Shown here: in pieces, positions 46,208-56,296 of the stretch | Position numbering within the stretch: the first letter of the stretch is position 1 | Layout: each line of letters begins with the position of its first letter | IMG/VR virus record: IMGVR_UViG_3300017963_000308 | Coordinates: 1 to 58,421 of that record | Length of the DNA: 58,421 nt | Reading direction: 5' to 3' (one strand) | DNA from: a virus | Lineage: Duplodnaviria > Caudoviricetes | The notes under the pieces: model-generated | Seen by the model: only the letters and a program-made list of their open reading frames with translations | Told to the model about the DNA's origin: nothing | Database searches by the model: none | Made by a program: the position numbers and the translations under genes

Positions 46208-46615
46208 ATGCCTGATGATCTTGGGTATGATTGGGGCTTAAAGATCGGTACTACAAAATTCAATATGTTGCCCTTCAGGGTCACCCCCCATGTAGAGTTT
46301 CGGCCAGGGACAGAGCGGAAAAGAGATGCATGCGGGGGCAGCGTATGGACAGGACCGGCCAAGTGTGTTTTGACGTGGCCGGAGATGGAATTGGAAGGGG
46401 AACAGTTTTATCAGCTTCAAAGCATAGTTGGTAATAATCCCAGTGCGCGGGTATATATGGATATTCCTACGCAAACATTGAACACAACTACCTACCAACC
46501 AATTGTGTCTGCCTATACTGGCATACTTCAATGGCCGGATGAAGGGGTGATGATGACCCATTTCTATCGTTGGGAAATGCCGGAAGTTGAAGTAACGAAT
46601 CTGAGTCCAATCTAA
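46208..46615 (+). CDS. Distal tail protein-like
   Basis: Immediately after the tape measure gene; small, beta-rich. Confidence 0.6.
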   Translation: MPDDLGYDWGLKIGTTKFNMLPFRVTPHVEFRPGTERKRDACGGSVWTGPAKCVLTWPEMELEGEQFYQLQSIVGNNPSARVYMDIPTQTLNTTTYQPIVSAYTGILQWPDEGVMMTHFYRWEMPEVEVTNLSPI

Positions 46616-47901
46616 TGACAAGATACAATCCGCACAACGATTTGGTTTATGACGCGGCAAGTGGCGATGGTACCTATCTTAAACCACTTGTTCCAAAAGT
46701 TGGGGTTAATAATTTGCCTCTTGACGCGTTTCAAAGAGTGAGAATTTCTAATTCTATTAATCGCTTTGATGCTCAATTTACATATAACTTGCAACCGCTT
46801 CTATATCAGCCGATCACCGCGGAAAGCGGTGCAACCATTACCCATGATGCAACCAATCGTTGCGCCCTGATGACATTTAGTAGCACTCCCACGGGCGGCC
46901 AAGCTTATATGCAAAGCTATCGCTGGACACATTACCAACCGGGTAACAGTCACTTGATTTTCGCAACCTTTAATTTTAGAGAACACGTGACCGGGGTAAC
47001 CAAGTTTGTTGGTTATGGCGATCTGAGTAACAACGGAGTTCATTTCATTAGTGACGGCGAAGGGTTTGCATGGCGAATTTTGAGCAATACCGACAACGGA
47101 GATCAAACAATTGAGCAAGCTAATTGGAATATAGATCCCCTGGATGGTACCGGAAGAAGCGGGTTTAGCCTAAATATTCAAGCAACCCATATTGCCGTTA
47201 TTGATTTTCAAGCCCTTTATGTTGGTCGGGTAAGAGTTGGTTTTGATATAGATGGTGAAGTCGTATGGTGCCACGAATTCGACCATGCGAATCGGGCTAA
47301 TTATCCCTATATCCAAACCGCTACATTACCTGTTATCTGTGGCATGACCTGTACGTCAACAGTCAGCACAACAATGCTGTTTATTTGCTCTACGGTTAGA
47401 TCAGAAGGATCGTCACTGGAAGAAGAAGGGTTTGGGTTTTCGGTTGAGGGAACGGCTACGGCGGCAAGCGGGGCGCGTACTCATGTTTTAAGCATTAGGC
47501 CAAAAACAACTTTCAATAGTATTGCTAATCGCTCTTTATTTATTTTGCAAGAGATAGATGTATTGGTAATTGGCAACAATCCGGTATTATGGGAATTGTG
47601 TATAGGGCAGGCGATTAGCGGTACCACTACCTATAACAACGTTAATGCAACTTACTCTGCTTTTGAATACAACACCGCGGGAACTATTAGCGGTTCTCCT
47701 TCTGTCGTGTTATCCAATGGGTATACGGCGGCCACCAATCAATCAAAGGGGGTAGCCAATGCGCAAATTTCAAATCAATATCCCATTACTTTAGACGCGG
47801 CCGGGGCGGTAAGATCCTTGGGTACCCTGAGTTTGATAGCAACCGGTATTGGGGCGGATTCAGTCATGAGAGCATCATTAAGCTGGAGAGAAATTAGATA
47901 A
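46615..47901 (+). CDS. Virion structural protein, beta-sandwich-like
   Basis: YQPG.S, WNID.LDG.G.SG, IDFQ.L.VGRVR.GF and CHEF motifs typical of phage tail-region proteins. Confidence 0.7.
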   Translation: MTRYNPHNDLVYDAASGDGTYLKPLVPKVGVNNLPLDAFQRVRISNSINRFDAQFTYNLQPLLYQPITAESGATITHDATNRCALMTFSSTPTGGQAYMQSYRWTHYQPGNSHLIFATFNFREHVTGVTKFVGYGDLSNNGVHFISDGEGFAWRILSNTDNGDQTIEQANWNIDPLDGTGRSGFSLNIQATHIAVIDFQALYVGRVRVGFDIDGEVVWCHEFDHANRANYPYIQTATLPVICGMTCTSTVSTTMLFICSTVRSEGSSLEEEGFGFSVEGTATAASGARTHVLSIRPKTTFNSIANRSLFILQEIDVLVIGNNPVLWELCIGQAISGTTTYNNVNATYSAFEYNTAGTISGSPSVVLSNGYTAATNQSKGVANAQISNQYPITLDAAGAVRSLGTLSLIATGIGADSVMRASLSWREIR

Positions 47902-50600
47902 TGCCAGTAGTATCAGCCGGTGACCTAACAACTATACGTAGCAAGCGGCAATGGGGTAAACTTGGCTTGCTTGTTTTTCGTCCTGAAATTATTGCTACCG
48001 GCCAATCCGCCGTTGCTACCGGTTCGCGTAGCTTTTCTTTGGGTAGTTATTCGGCCACGGAAACACCCCAACAATATTACACTGTAATAGCCGGATCGTC
48101 AGCCGGGAATGATGATGGCGGTAAAACCCGGCTCAAGTCGATTACTGGCGGCGGAGCCATGGAAGTTGCTCCCAACAATATTGACTGGACTACCTATCCA
48201 TATGTAAGCATTCTCAGGGAAATTTTACCGTGGTCGATTTTACCGGATCTGGGTAACGATCTGATGGATTGGGACATCCCCTACAACGGCAACCAAACAA
48301 GCTTCCCCCCTATTGCCAGGATTGGGCCGCCCCCTTTTGCGATGGTAGGAGAAACGGTTAAGTTTTTCTCAGATAGTGAGGCAATCACCGGTTCAATTAG
48401 CTCTCATAGCTGGACATTTCCAGGGGGATCCCCATCTAGTTCATCAAGTGCTGGCACAGAAGGAAGCCCCATAGAAGTGACTTTTGCCACGGCCACGGGC
48501 CATGTTCCAAAGTATGTAAAGTACACGGTTACGGCCAGCAATGGTAAAAGCCACACTCGTTATAATCCAATTTGGATTTTAGATGAGTTTGATGATGCCT
48601 ATTGCCAGCTTGAGATAGATAGTTGTAGTGGGTCAGAAAGCGGGGGCGGTTGGGATGCCAAGTTTACCGTTCATGGCGATGCAACCACATCTGAGTTTCC
48701 TCAAGATTGCATGGTGATGGTAATTGCGGAAGACTATTACGACGACAACAAAACATCGGTTGGGGGCAATTGGGCCTACCGCGAAAATGTGGTTTATATC
48801 GGCTGGATTACCAATGGAACGGTTTTCAAAAACGCCGATACAGGCAGCGTGTCATTTGAAACAAAAGGGCCAATACCCATAGCGAAGGATCTGCTTTCAT
48901 GGCCTGCCAATCTTGAATATAAATCAAGTCCCAGTCAGTGGAATCACATTGCCGGGATGACTTGTGATCGAGCCGCTTTACACATTGTTAAAGAGCGATC
49001 AACGCTTGATCATATCGTTGACATCAATCTGACCGGCAATACCAAGCTTTTGCGTTATGTAGACATCCCGGAAACTGACTTGTCTACCCAGTTAGATGAC
49101 TATTGTCTATCTGCTATTGGGGCCAGGGCCATAAGTGATCGCCAGGGCCAAATATATTTTAGCCGGGATCCCAATAAGCGGCCTCTTGGAGAGCGATCCA
49201 GTATTCCAACAACGATGGATATCGAGTTAGCCGATATTAGGAGTGACCCGGGGGCCAACTATGAAGAAGAGATTCAATATCCAAGGGTGGCACAGGTTGA
49301 TTTTATTGGCTTCAATTATGATGGCAATGATGCTTCTCCCCTGTATTCGTTGGCTCCACAGTACCAGTTTGAGCATGGTAAAGTAGAAAAGGTGGATGGG
49401 GTATTATGTGATGACCAGACAGAAGCTAATGTTTTGTCTGGTATGTACTTGGCCGATTTCAATAACTTATGGACAAACATCAAATTCCCGATGTGGAACA
49501 TGCGGGTTTTTGATATCGTGCCCGAAGAGTATGCTACTCATTCGTTGGTAGCAACGGATACTAAGCGGGGGATAGTCTGGGATAGTCAAAAGCTGATTTG
49601 CCGGGAAGCATCGGTTGAATATGACCCGGAAACTTATGAACTATATTACAATGTCACCTTCGAGAAGGATTCGTTTGGGCCGCCAGGGGTTGGGGGCGGA
49701 TATTACACCCCATCTGCGGTGCCGAGTTCGGTGCCGGATCCGCCAGGGGAAGCATTAGCAGCTTGGGGAAGTTGGTATATACGCAAGAAAGGCGACAACG
49801 CATGGACCGACCGCTCAACTCAAGATGACGACTCGTTTATACACGGTTGCGTAGATCCATGGTGGTTTGTGCCAACCAAAGCTAACAGTCTCAACCCGGA
49901 TAAGTCATGGATTTACGGTGTGGGGGCTGGTGGAATATTCAAGCGATCACTCAACGGGGGTCAAAGTTGGTCAGATGTTACGGTAGATGCTCCGCCCAAT
50001 ACATGGAGTGACGCTACTGCACCCACGGCTACGAATATTGATTTAGTTTGGGTTATTGGTGACATCTACCAGATTAATCGTTTTTATGTGTTGGGGAGAT
50101 ACCAGGGTGACGGTGACGCTTACCGGGGTTGGGTTGGGATAACCGATGATAATTTCAACAATACAACGTGGTATGCCCTGTATGATGGGGTGACGTTAGT
50201 TGACGAAGTTAGACCTTTGGGCGCGGCCGTCAATGAGACAAATCTGCTCATTACTACCTGGGAAGATGATGGCGTAAATACCGAAATTCGCATGCAAGTC
50301 TGGAGTCCTTCGGAAAAAACCTATCAGGGTGATTGGGTATTGGGGGCGGCGAGTACCGGCGACATTCCGGCCACATTGACAGCATACCCATTTACGGTAA
50401 TCGACGCTAATGAGACTTGGTATGTTTACGGTAGAATGAGTAGCCCGACAACATTATCGGGAACACAACACGTAATTAAATACGCTGATGGTACCTGGAC
50501 ATCGGTAGAATCGACCTGGGGGAGTAGCGTTTGTAATACTTTTCATGCATCCAAAGCAGATGATCAAGGAAGGCGGAATCTTTATGCGGTTAGATCGTAG
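47901..50600 (+). CDS. Tail hub/central tip protein with PKD-like domain
   Basis: HSWTFPGGSPSSS PKD motif, DRQGQIYF hub motif, S.NGG.SW BNR-like motif. Confidence 0.75.
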   Translation: MPVVSAGDLTTIRSKRQWGKLGLLVFRPEIIATGQSAVATGSRSFSLGSYSATETPQQYYTVIAGSSAGNDDGGKTRLKSITGGGAMEVAPNNIDWTTYPYVSILREILPWSILPDLGNDLMDWDIPYNGNQTSFPPIARIGPPPFAMVGETVKFFSDSEAITGSISSHSWTFPGGSPSSSSSAGTEGSPIEVTFATATGHVPKYVKYTVTASNGKSHTRYNPIWILDEFDDAYCQLEIDSCSGSESGGGWDAKFTVHGDATTSEFPQDCMVMVIAEDYYDDNKTSVGGNWAYRENVVYIGWITNGTVFKNADTGSVSFETKGPIPIAKDLLSWPANLEYKSSPSQWNHIAGMTCDRAALHIVKERSTLDHIVDINLTGNTKLLRYVDIPETDLSTQLDDYCLSAIGARAISDRQGQIYFSRDPNKRPLGERSSIPTTMDIELADIRSDPGANYEEEIQYPRVAQVDFIGFNYDGNDASPLYSLAPQYQFEHGKVEKVDGVLCDDQTEANVLSGMYLADFNNLWTNIKFPMWNMRVFDIVPEEYATHSLVATDTKRGIVWDSQKLICREASVEYDPETYELYYNVTFEKDSFGPPGVGGGYYTPSAVPSSVPDPPGEALAAWGSWYIRKKGDNAWTDRSTQDDDSFIHGCVDPWWFVPTKANSLNPDKSWIYGVGAGGIFKRSLNGGQSWSDVTVDAPPNTWSDATAPTATNIDLVWVIGDIYQINRFYVLGRYQGDGDAYRGWVGITDDNFNNTTWYALYDGVTLVDEVRPLGAAVNETNLLITTWEDDGVNTEIRMQVWSPSEKTYQGDWVLGAASTGDIPATLTAYPFTVIDANETWYVYGRMSSPTTLSGTQHVIKYADGTWTSVESTWGSSVCNTFHASKADDQGRRNLYAVRS

Positions 50601-51282
50601 GGGTCAAAGCATGGTAGAGATGGCAATCCTATCACCCTTGCTTATTTTTATGTTGATTGGCTTGTTTGAGGTTGGTTACTACATCAGACATTGGATTACT
50701 TTGGAGAACTATACCAGGGAAATAGCCAGATATGCTACCAGATCTGATGTACTGGATTTCTATGGGGCTACGGTTGAACAAATTGGCTATGATCGAGTGA
50801 TCGAACATGCCGAAGGGATCGGTCATCAACTACCCAGTGATGTCGGGATTGTTATTTCGCTATATGATATCCCCGGCCAATACTCTTGTGATCCGGCTGA
50901 AAGGGAAGAACCGGAAGAGGGGAGTACCGATTTGTGGCCGAATTGTAATTGCACTTTGGCGATACTCAATCCATACACGGTTTCCCTATCCAGGTCGCCG
51001 GAGTTGGAGCCATGGCTTAGATATCGGACAGATCCAGAATTAGTATCGGCTATAGATGATCTGGTAATGGTACAAAAACTTACTTTGCAAAACCGTAAAT
51101 TTAATTGTGAGTTAGGAAAACAGAATCCGTACATTGGCACAAGTGATAATCGAGTTGTGGCGGTTGAGGTTTTTGCCAATCATAATCAACTATTTGGTTT
51201 TCCGTTTATCGCCAATCCGTATACAGATCCGTTGCCGATTCGTGCTCAGGCAATCATGCGGCAAACAAGGAATAGGGAATAA
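50584..51282 (+). CDS. tadE: TadE-like pseudopilin
   Basis: RGQSMVEMAILSPLLIFMLIGLFEVG...REIARYA; class III signal peptide and TadE signature. Confidence 0.85.
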   Translation: MRLDRRGQSMVEMAILSPLLIFMLIGLFEVGYYIRHWITLENYTREIARYATRSDVLDFYGATVEQIGYDRVIEHAEGIGHQLPSDVGIVISLYDIPGQYSCDPAEREEPEEGSTDLWPNCNCTLAILNPYTVSLSRSPELEPWLRYRTDPELVSAIDDLVMVQKLTLQNRKFNCELGKQNPYIGTSDNRVVAVEVFANHNQLFGFPFIANPYTDPLPIRAQAIMRQTRNRE

Positions 51283-52574
51283 TGGCTACTTGGTCATTAA
51301 AACAAACAGGGCTTAACGATTCGTCTACTACCGGCAAAACGATTTCGATTTTGGAAACCGGGGGCGTAAAAAAAGCCTACATTTATAACAATAATGGGCA
51401 TGTATTGGAATACAACGCCGCAACAGATTCTTTGGTTGCCATTTCTGATGCAACAAGTTGGGGCGGAGATACCATGCCTACCGCAATCGCAAACAGGCCG
51501 GGGCCGGTTGTTTTTGGTGGTGAGGTTTACGCATATGTTCACGATGCGGGGGCGGTTAATGATGGGGTTTGGAAATGGGATGGAACGGACGTAAGTGGAT
51601 GGACAAGGGTTTTTGATGCCGCGGGTACTGTTTACACATTCTTTTCACGAAGCGAAAATCATTTATTGCTTGCTGTTTACCCCGACGCTGGTAGCACTCA
51701 AAAGTATAGCACAGATGGATCAAGTTGGTCAGATGCGAATACTAGCGATGATTCTCCGGCCGCGTTGGGATTCAGCTATACCGCCGCTTCTTTTTATTCC
51801 GGCGATCATTCTCTTGGAGCATTCTTGAAAGATCGCTCAACTGATGGGGGGGCACCTGCGGGGTCGATTATAGTCAGATTGTTCAAATGGAGTGAAGCTA
51901 ACCTTAAGTGGGAGATCATAAATTCCGGAGATGATGCAACCGGGGTGAAAACCGGTGATTACTGGGTAGCCGATATTTATACAATAGGTACTTATTATTG
52001 GAGAAAAATCGCACTTGAGTATGAATTTTCTTCTAATTTGTCTTCCTGGACAACCCCTACTACTTTGCCGGAAGATGTTGATCCAGCCGATTGTAGCGGG
52101 TTGAGTGCGGTTACTGTTTCTGCGGGGGGATATGATGACTTAGTTGACGACAATTCGCTCTATTTGCTTGAAGATGGTGTTGATTGGAGCACTCCGGAAG
52201 AATTAGTATCAGTTGGCGCAAATCATTTGGTAAAATCGGTATTTATGTTTTCTGGGGATGGTACCGCTTTTGCTATTATTAGATCTGATGATGGAGTAGA
52301 GATATGGGGGCGTAGCGCGGCTTTTGTCGTCACGGTTGCTGCTACATTCTACCATGGCATAGACGAATTGATTTCGAAAGCAACGCTGGCCGTAACCGAA
52401 CCGGGGCCGCATGGCATGGCCGTCAACACTCAAGGGGAAGTTGTAATTGGCTCCGGCGAAGCCGGGGCTACGATGTCAGAGAAACTTACTAATGCTGATG
52501 ACTATGCCACAACGGAAGATTACACAAACGGACTCGATATAACCGAAGGGCTTAACGTGGTAAGGTACATCTAA
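51282..52574 (+). CDS. Putative beta-propeller tail protein
   Basis: WKWDG...W, YSTDGSSW repeats. Confidence 0.65.
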   Translation: MATWSLKQTGLNDSSTTGKTISILETGGVKKAYIYNNNGHVLEYNAATDSLVAISDATSWGGDTMPTAIANRPGPVVFGGEVYAYVHDAGAVNDGVWKWDGTDVSGWTRVFDAAGTVYTFFSRSENHLLLAVYPDAGSTQKYSTDGSSWSDANTSDDSPAALGFSYTAASFYSGDHSLGAFLKDRSTDGGAPAGSIIVRLFKWSEANLKWEIINSGDDATGVKTGDYWVADIYTIGTYYWRKIALEYEFSSNLSSWTTPTTLPEDVDPADCSGLSAVTVSAGGYDDLVDDNSLYLLEDGVDWSTPEELVSVGANHLVKSVFMFSGDGTAFAIIRSDDGVEIWGRSAAFVVTVAATFYHGIDELISKATLAVTEPGPHGMAVNTQGEVVIGSGEAGATMSEKLTNADDYATTEDYTNGLDITEGLNVVRYI

Positions 52575-55567
52575 TGGGCGCAAGAGAAGATGCCGCCAGA
52601 GCATGGCGAGAAATTTGGGATAACTTACAAGAGAAGATTGAAATAAAGCGGGGTATCCTGGGTAATGGGGCCGGTGTAGTTAGGGTGCCAAATCGCCCGG
52701 ACTTGTGCTATATGCGCCTTAATGCCAAATCTCAGGTGGTTTGGCAGGTCATTAATGACGAAGTTGCTGACGTTGATGGCCTGATGGTGCTGGCAGAAAA
52801 GAGGCCAGATTCGAAGTATTGGCAGATCGTAGACATCGACAAAGATGCCTATATTTCGATGGGTACCGGCTTTTCCGGAGTCAAATATAAGCCAACTCAC
52901 CATGAAGAACACGAATGGCCGGACTATACCCCCGGGCCTGATGCGGTAAATGTCTACAAGCGCGCTTTGGTCGACCTGAGAACGGATTATACCACCCCTT
53001 ATGGTTTAAACGTAATGGTCAGGCCAACTATCTACACTTACGACAATCAGGAGAAGCGGTATTTGGGTACAAGCTATTTGCCGTTGTCTTCATATGTACC
53101 AGGGTCGGGGAAACGACTGGTACTAACCTACCTGGATACAAGAGACAACTTGGTTTATGCCCTTCCAGGTCCAGTAACAGCATACAACATATTGTCGACT
53201 CCCGAAACCCCCTTCATCCCCCCATACTCAAAAGTTAGCGCGGTAGTGGAGTTACACGAAGGACAATCCGAAATTAAAGAAGCAGATATAGAGGATGTCC
53301 GGGATTGGTTTAACACAACTCCTATCAGGACTCAAACCAGGGCGCAACGATCCCCCTTAGTTACAGATGACAGAGATTTCGGATATGAGGCGGGAGCGGT
53401 TTGGGTTTATTATCCAGGAGCTAATGCTTACATATCGGTAGATGATACGCCGGGGGCGGCGGTTTGGAAAGACATAGTTTCTGGGAGCGGATCTGGGGGT
53501 TGGCCTTATACTGTTCTTAATGAGAGTACGGGAACAACTTACGATACTTTAACTTCGGCTGAAGCAGCAGCTAGTACCGGCGAAGTGCTTCGATTGGGGG
53601 ATGTCTCGTTAGCAGAAGCGGTGACGGTAGACGCCGACATAACTATAAAAGGTATCTCAGATGAAGCGTCAATTATTACCCGGAAATTAACCGTTACAAA
53701 CGGCGGTAATTTAGCCGATTTGAGAATTGACAATACTACCGATACTGAAGCATTGGAGTTTAATACGATTGATGATAGCGTCAATCGAAACTGCTATTTC
53801 TCAACGGTCGGTGTAGCTGATGGGGTTGGCGTTTATATTAATGGCACGTTTAGCGTTTTCTTTTATGATTGCCAGATGTTAGCTACTACCGGTTCGGGCA
53901 ATCGGTATGGGTTAAGATTAAATGGTGGTAGCGCGGCCGTATTTGGCGGGCGAATGAGCGGGGCTAGTGCTGACCTTAGAGTAGAAAATAGTGCAATTGT
54001 TCGATTATACAACATGCCGATTTTGGCAAATAATAATCTATCTATCGTTAGCGGAACAGTAAAAGGATTCTTTCAAAGCGGATTGGGAGATACTTATTAT
54101 ATTGACACAGACATAAGCACGACTCCTTTCAAGTTTGAAAGTGCTGCTTTTCCGGCTGATGGTTTTGCAATGATTGGTAGTGAGGTATATGCCACTATCG
54201 CCGCGGCAATTACCGCAGCAAGTACCGGCGATATTATCAAATTGGGGGCAGGTACATTTACAGAAGCCATAGATATTGATGAAAGCGTAACAATTGTCGG
54301 CTTAGGGCCGGACAGGACGAAGATTACTTCTAGCGGGGCTGACCACACTGTAGCCGTGTTAGCAAATGATGTTACGATTGAGGGAGTCGAAATTGAGAAT
54401 ACCGGAACAACATCTAACGTAGCTGCTTTAACTCTTGGCGGCTCTTCATCGACCGGAGCAACAATTAGAAATTGTCGGATAACCAGAAGTGGGGCAGCTA
54501 CAACATCTTGGGGAATGTATGTTGGTTATACTGGTCACGTTGTTGAGTATACCGAAATAGCTGCTTCGGGGGGAACAACGACTCATGCCGTAAGAAATGA
54601 TACGGCGGCCTGCAGCATTACTTTTAGGAACTGTACGATAGATGGTACAGATAGAGATGTGATAGGGGCTATAGACGCTTCTACCATTACCTTGCGAGAT
54701 ACGGAATGTGGAACAGGGGGAGTTGAGGTACTTGGTAATTCATCGATTTTAAACATAAATGGTGGTAGGGTTGCTGGCGGAGTTACGGTTACTTCTGGAA
54801 GCCCGACGATAAATCTAAGAGAAATTCCAACCTTGACCGGAACTATTTCAACTACGGCAACGGGGTTTTACCGGGATAGTTCTGGAAATATTCAGGGTTA
54901 TGGTGATGTAGACATCCTGCCATATGGGGATGCTTATGGTCTATGGTTTAGAAAAGTTGATTTCGGCCTTTCGTCAATTGATGAGCATTGGCACCAGGGT
55001 AGTGACGAATTAACATGGACAGGTTGGGCGGCTTATACCGGATACAACACCCCATCTACGGTTAGCCAAGCAAATTCAAAGCTAATTGCGGGTCATAGTA
55101 GCTCGTCACGGTTTTTCTATTATCGCTCCTATGCCAACGCTGATACAACTCTTGTTTGTTCTGCACTCACGTCATTGGCGAGTGAATGTGGGTTGATGGT
55201 TGACGATGGAGTAAATGCAGGAGATGGAGAAGGTGCTAATAACTTTATAAGGTTTTATGTTATCTGGTCTAGCGCAACCAGTAATGCCACGCTTGCCAGT
55301 GATTATAGGACCGGGGGTGGTGGCGTGACGAATGCGACTTATCTTTCGTTTCCCCCACAAGATTTTATTAGTTTTGCCTTAAGATATGGCAATGGTACAC
55401 GCTGGTCAAATTGGGGGGCTGTACTACGAATTGCAGGAGATGGGGGGGTAGTGAATAGTATTGTTATCCCGGTATCTGGTTTAAGCTGGACTCCTGCCCG
55501 ACACGGGCTTTATGGAAGGAATACTGTAGGTGGTCGCTTGGTGGCATGGGATTGGTTTATAGAATAA
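52574..55567 (+). CDS. Tail fibre/tailspike with pectin-lyase-like beta-helices
   Basis: YATIAAAITAASTGDIIKLGAGTF.E cap motif, a second degenerate cap, TDD..GY..G..W motif. Confidence 0.8.
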   Translation: MGAREDAARAWREIWDNLQEKIEIKRGILGNGAGVVRVPNRPDLCYMRLNAKSQVVWQVINDEVADVDGLMVLAEKRPDSKYWQIVDIDKDAYISMGTGFSGVKYKPTHHEEHEWPDYTPGPDAVNVYKRALVDLRTDYTTPYGLNVMVRPTIYTYDNQEKRYLGTSYLPLSSYVPGSGKRLVLTYLDTRDNLVYALPGPVTAYNILSTPETPFIPPYSKVSAVVELHEGQSEIKEADIEDVRDWFNTTPIRTQTRAQRSPLVTDDRDFGYEAGAVWVYYPGANAYISVDDTPGAAVWKDIVSGSGSGGWPYTVLNESTGTTYDTLTSAEAAASTGEVLRLGDVSLAEAVTVDADITIKGISDEASIITRKLTVTNGGNLADLRIDNTTDTEALEFNTIDDSVNRNCYFSTVGVADGVGVYINGTFSVFFYDCQMLATTGSGNRYGLRLNGGSAAVFGGRMSGASADLRVENSAIVRLYNMPILANNNLSIVSGTVKGFFQSGLGDTYYIDTDISTTPFKFESAAFPADGFAMIGSEVYATIAAAITAASTGDIIKLGAGTFTEAIDIDESVTIVGLGPDRTKITSSGADHTVAVLANDVTIEGVEIENTGTTSNVAALTLGGSSSTGATIRNCRITRSGAATTSWGMYVGYTGHVVEYTEIAASGGTTTHAVRNDTAACSITFRNCTIDGTDRDVIGAIDASTITLRDTECGTGGVEVLGNSSILNINGGRVAGGVTVTSGSPTINLREIPTLTGTISTTATGFYRDSSGNIQGYGDVDILPYGDAYGLWFRKVDFGLSSIDEHWHQGSDELTWTGWAAYTGYNTPSTVSQANSKLIAGHSSSSRFFYYRSYANADTTLVCSALTSLASECGLMVDDGVNAGDGEGANNFIRFYVIWSSATSNATLASDYRTGGGGVTNATYLSFPPQDFISFALRYGNGTRWSNWGAVLRIAGDGGVVNSIVIPVSGLSWTPARHGLYGRNTVGGRLVAWDWFIE

Positions 55568-55908
55568 TGACAGACTTTAGATATAAAAACATAACTATTA
55601 GAAACGCTGCTAATACCGAAGAAGCATACGAAAAAGCAGCAACCGCTTTTCTCCGTATAGAATTGGGCCAAGAGCCGACTCAGCAAGAAGTCGATACTTT
55701 GGTAGCCGATATATCAGATACCGAAACTAAGATGAGTCAGTTTTCTACTTTCGTTAACCAAGCTGATACCGAAGTTGCTTGGTTAGAAACAAACATCCCT
55801 AACATTGATACAATGGATGCTACTCAAGTTAGGGCGGTTGTTAAAAGATTGGCTCAAGAAAATTTAGAGATTATTAAAGCTTTAAGGTACATTGCTAAAC
55901 GTGTTTAA
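55567..55908 (+). CDS. Hypothetical protein (possible fibre chaperone)
   Basis: TAATG coupling to the fibre gene. Confidence 0.65.
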   Translation: MTDFRYKNITIRNAANTEEAYEKAATAFLRIELGQEPTQQEVDTLVADISDTETKMSQFSTFVNQADTEVAWLETNIPNIDTMDATQVRAVVKRLAQENLEIIKALRYIAKRV

Positions 55909-56296
55909 GATATTTTATCCGGACGGAAAAGAATACGATAGCCAAATCGATGAAGGACCGCCCCCGGCCAGGGGAGTACAGATAATTTTGCAGACACACC
56001 CCCAAATTGGCCCTTATATGCAACATCGGGGAGATTACTATATTTTCGATAACGGGTATTGGAGAGGGTGTGATATTTCCGGACTTAAGGATTTTTTGTT
56101 CGACAATGGTATCGTTAAGTTCGGGGATGTTTTTCATGAAATCCTGGTAAACAACACATGGCATAGGTGTGATATTTTTGGATTATTGGAGCGAATTCTT
56201 CAGACAGGATTGGTCCTGTTTGGGTTAACTATATCCAATGAAGAGTACCAATCTATCTATCAAAAAGCCAAGATCGAGCGGGATAGCTGGAAATGA
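55901..56296 (+). CDS. Hypothetical protein with internal W..CD..GL repeat
   Basis: WRGCDISGL and WHRCDIFGL. Confidence 0.7.
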   Translation: MFKIFYPDGKEYDSQIDEGPPPARGVQIILQTHPQIGPYMQHRGDYYIFDNGYWRGCDISGLKDFLFDNGIVKFGDVFHEILVNNTWHRCDIFGLLERILQTGLVLFGLTISNEEYQSIYQKAKIERDSWK

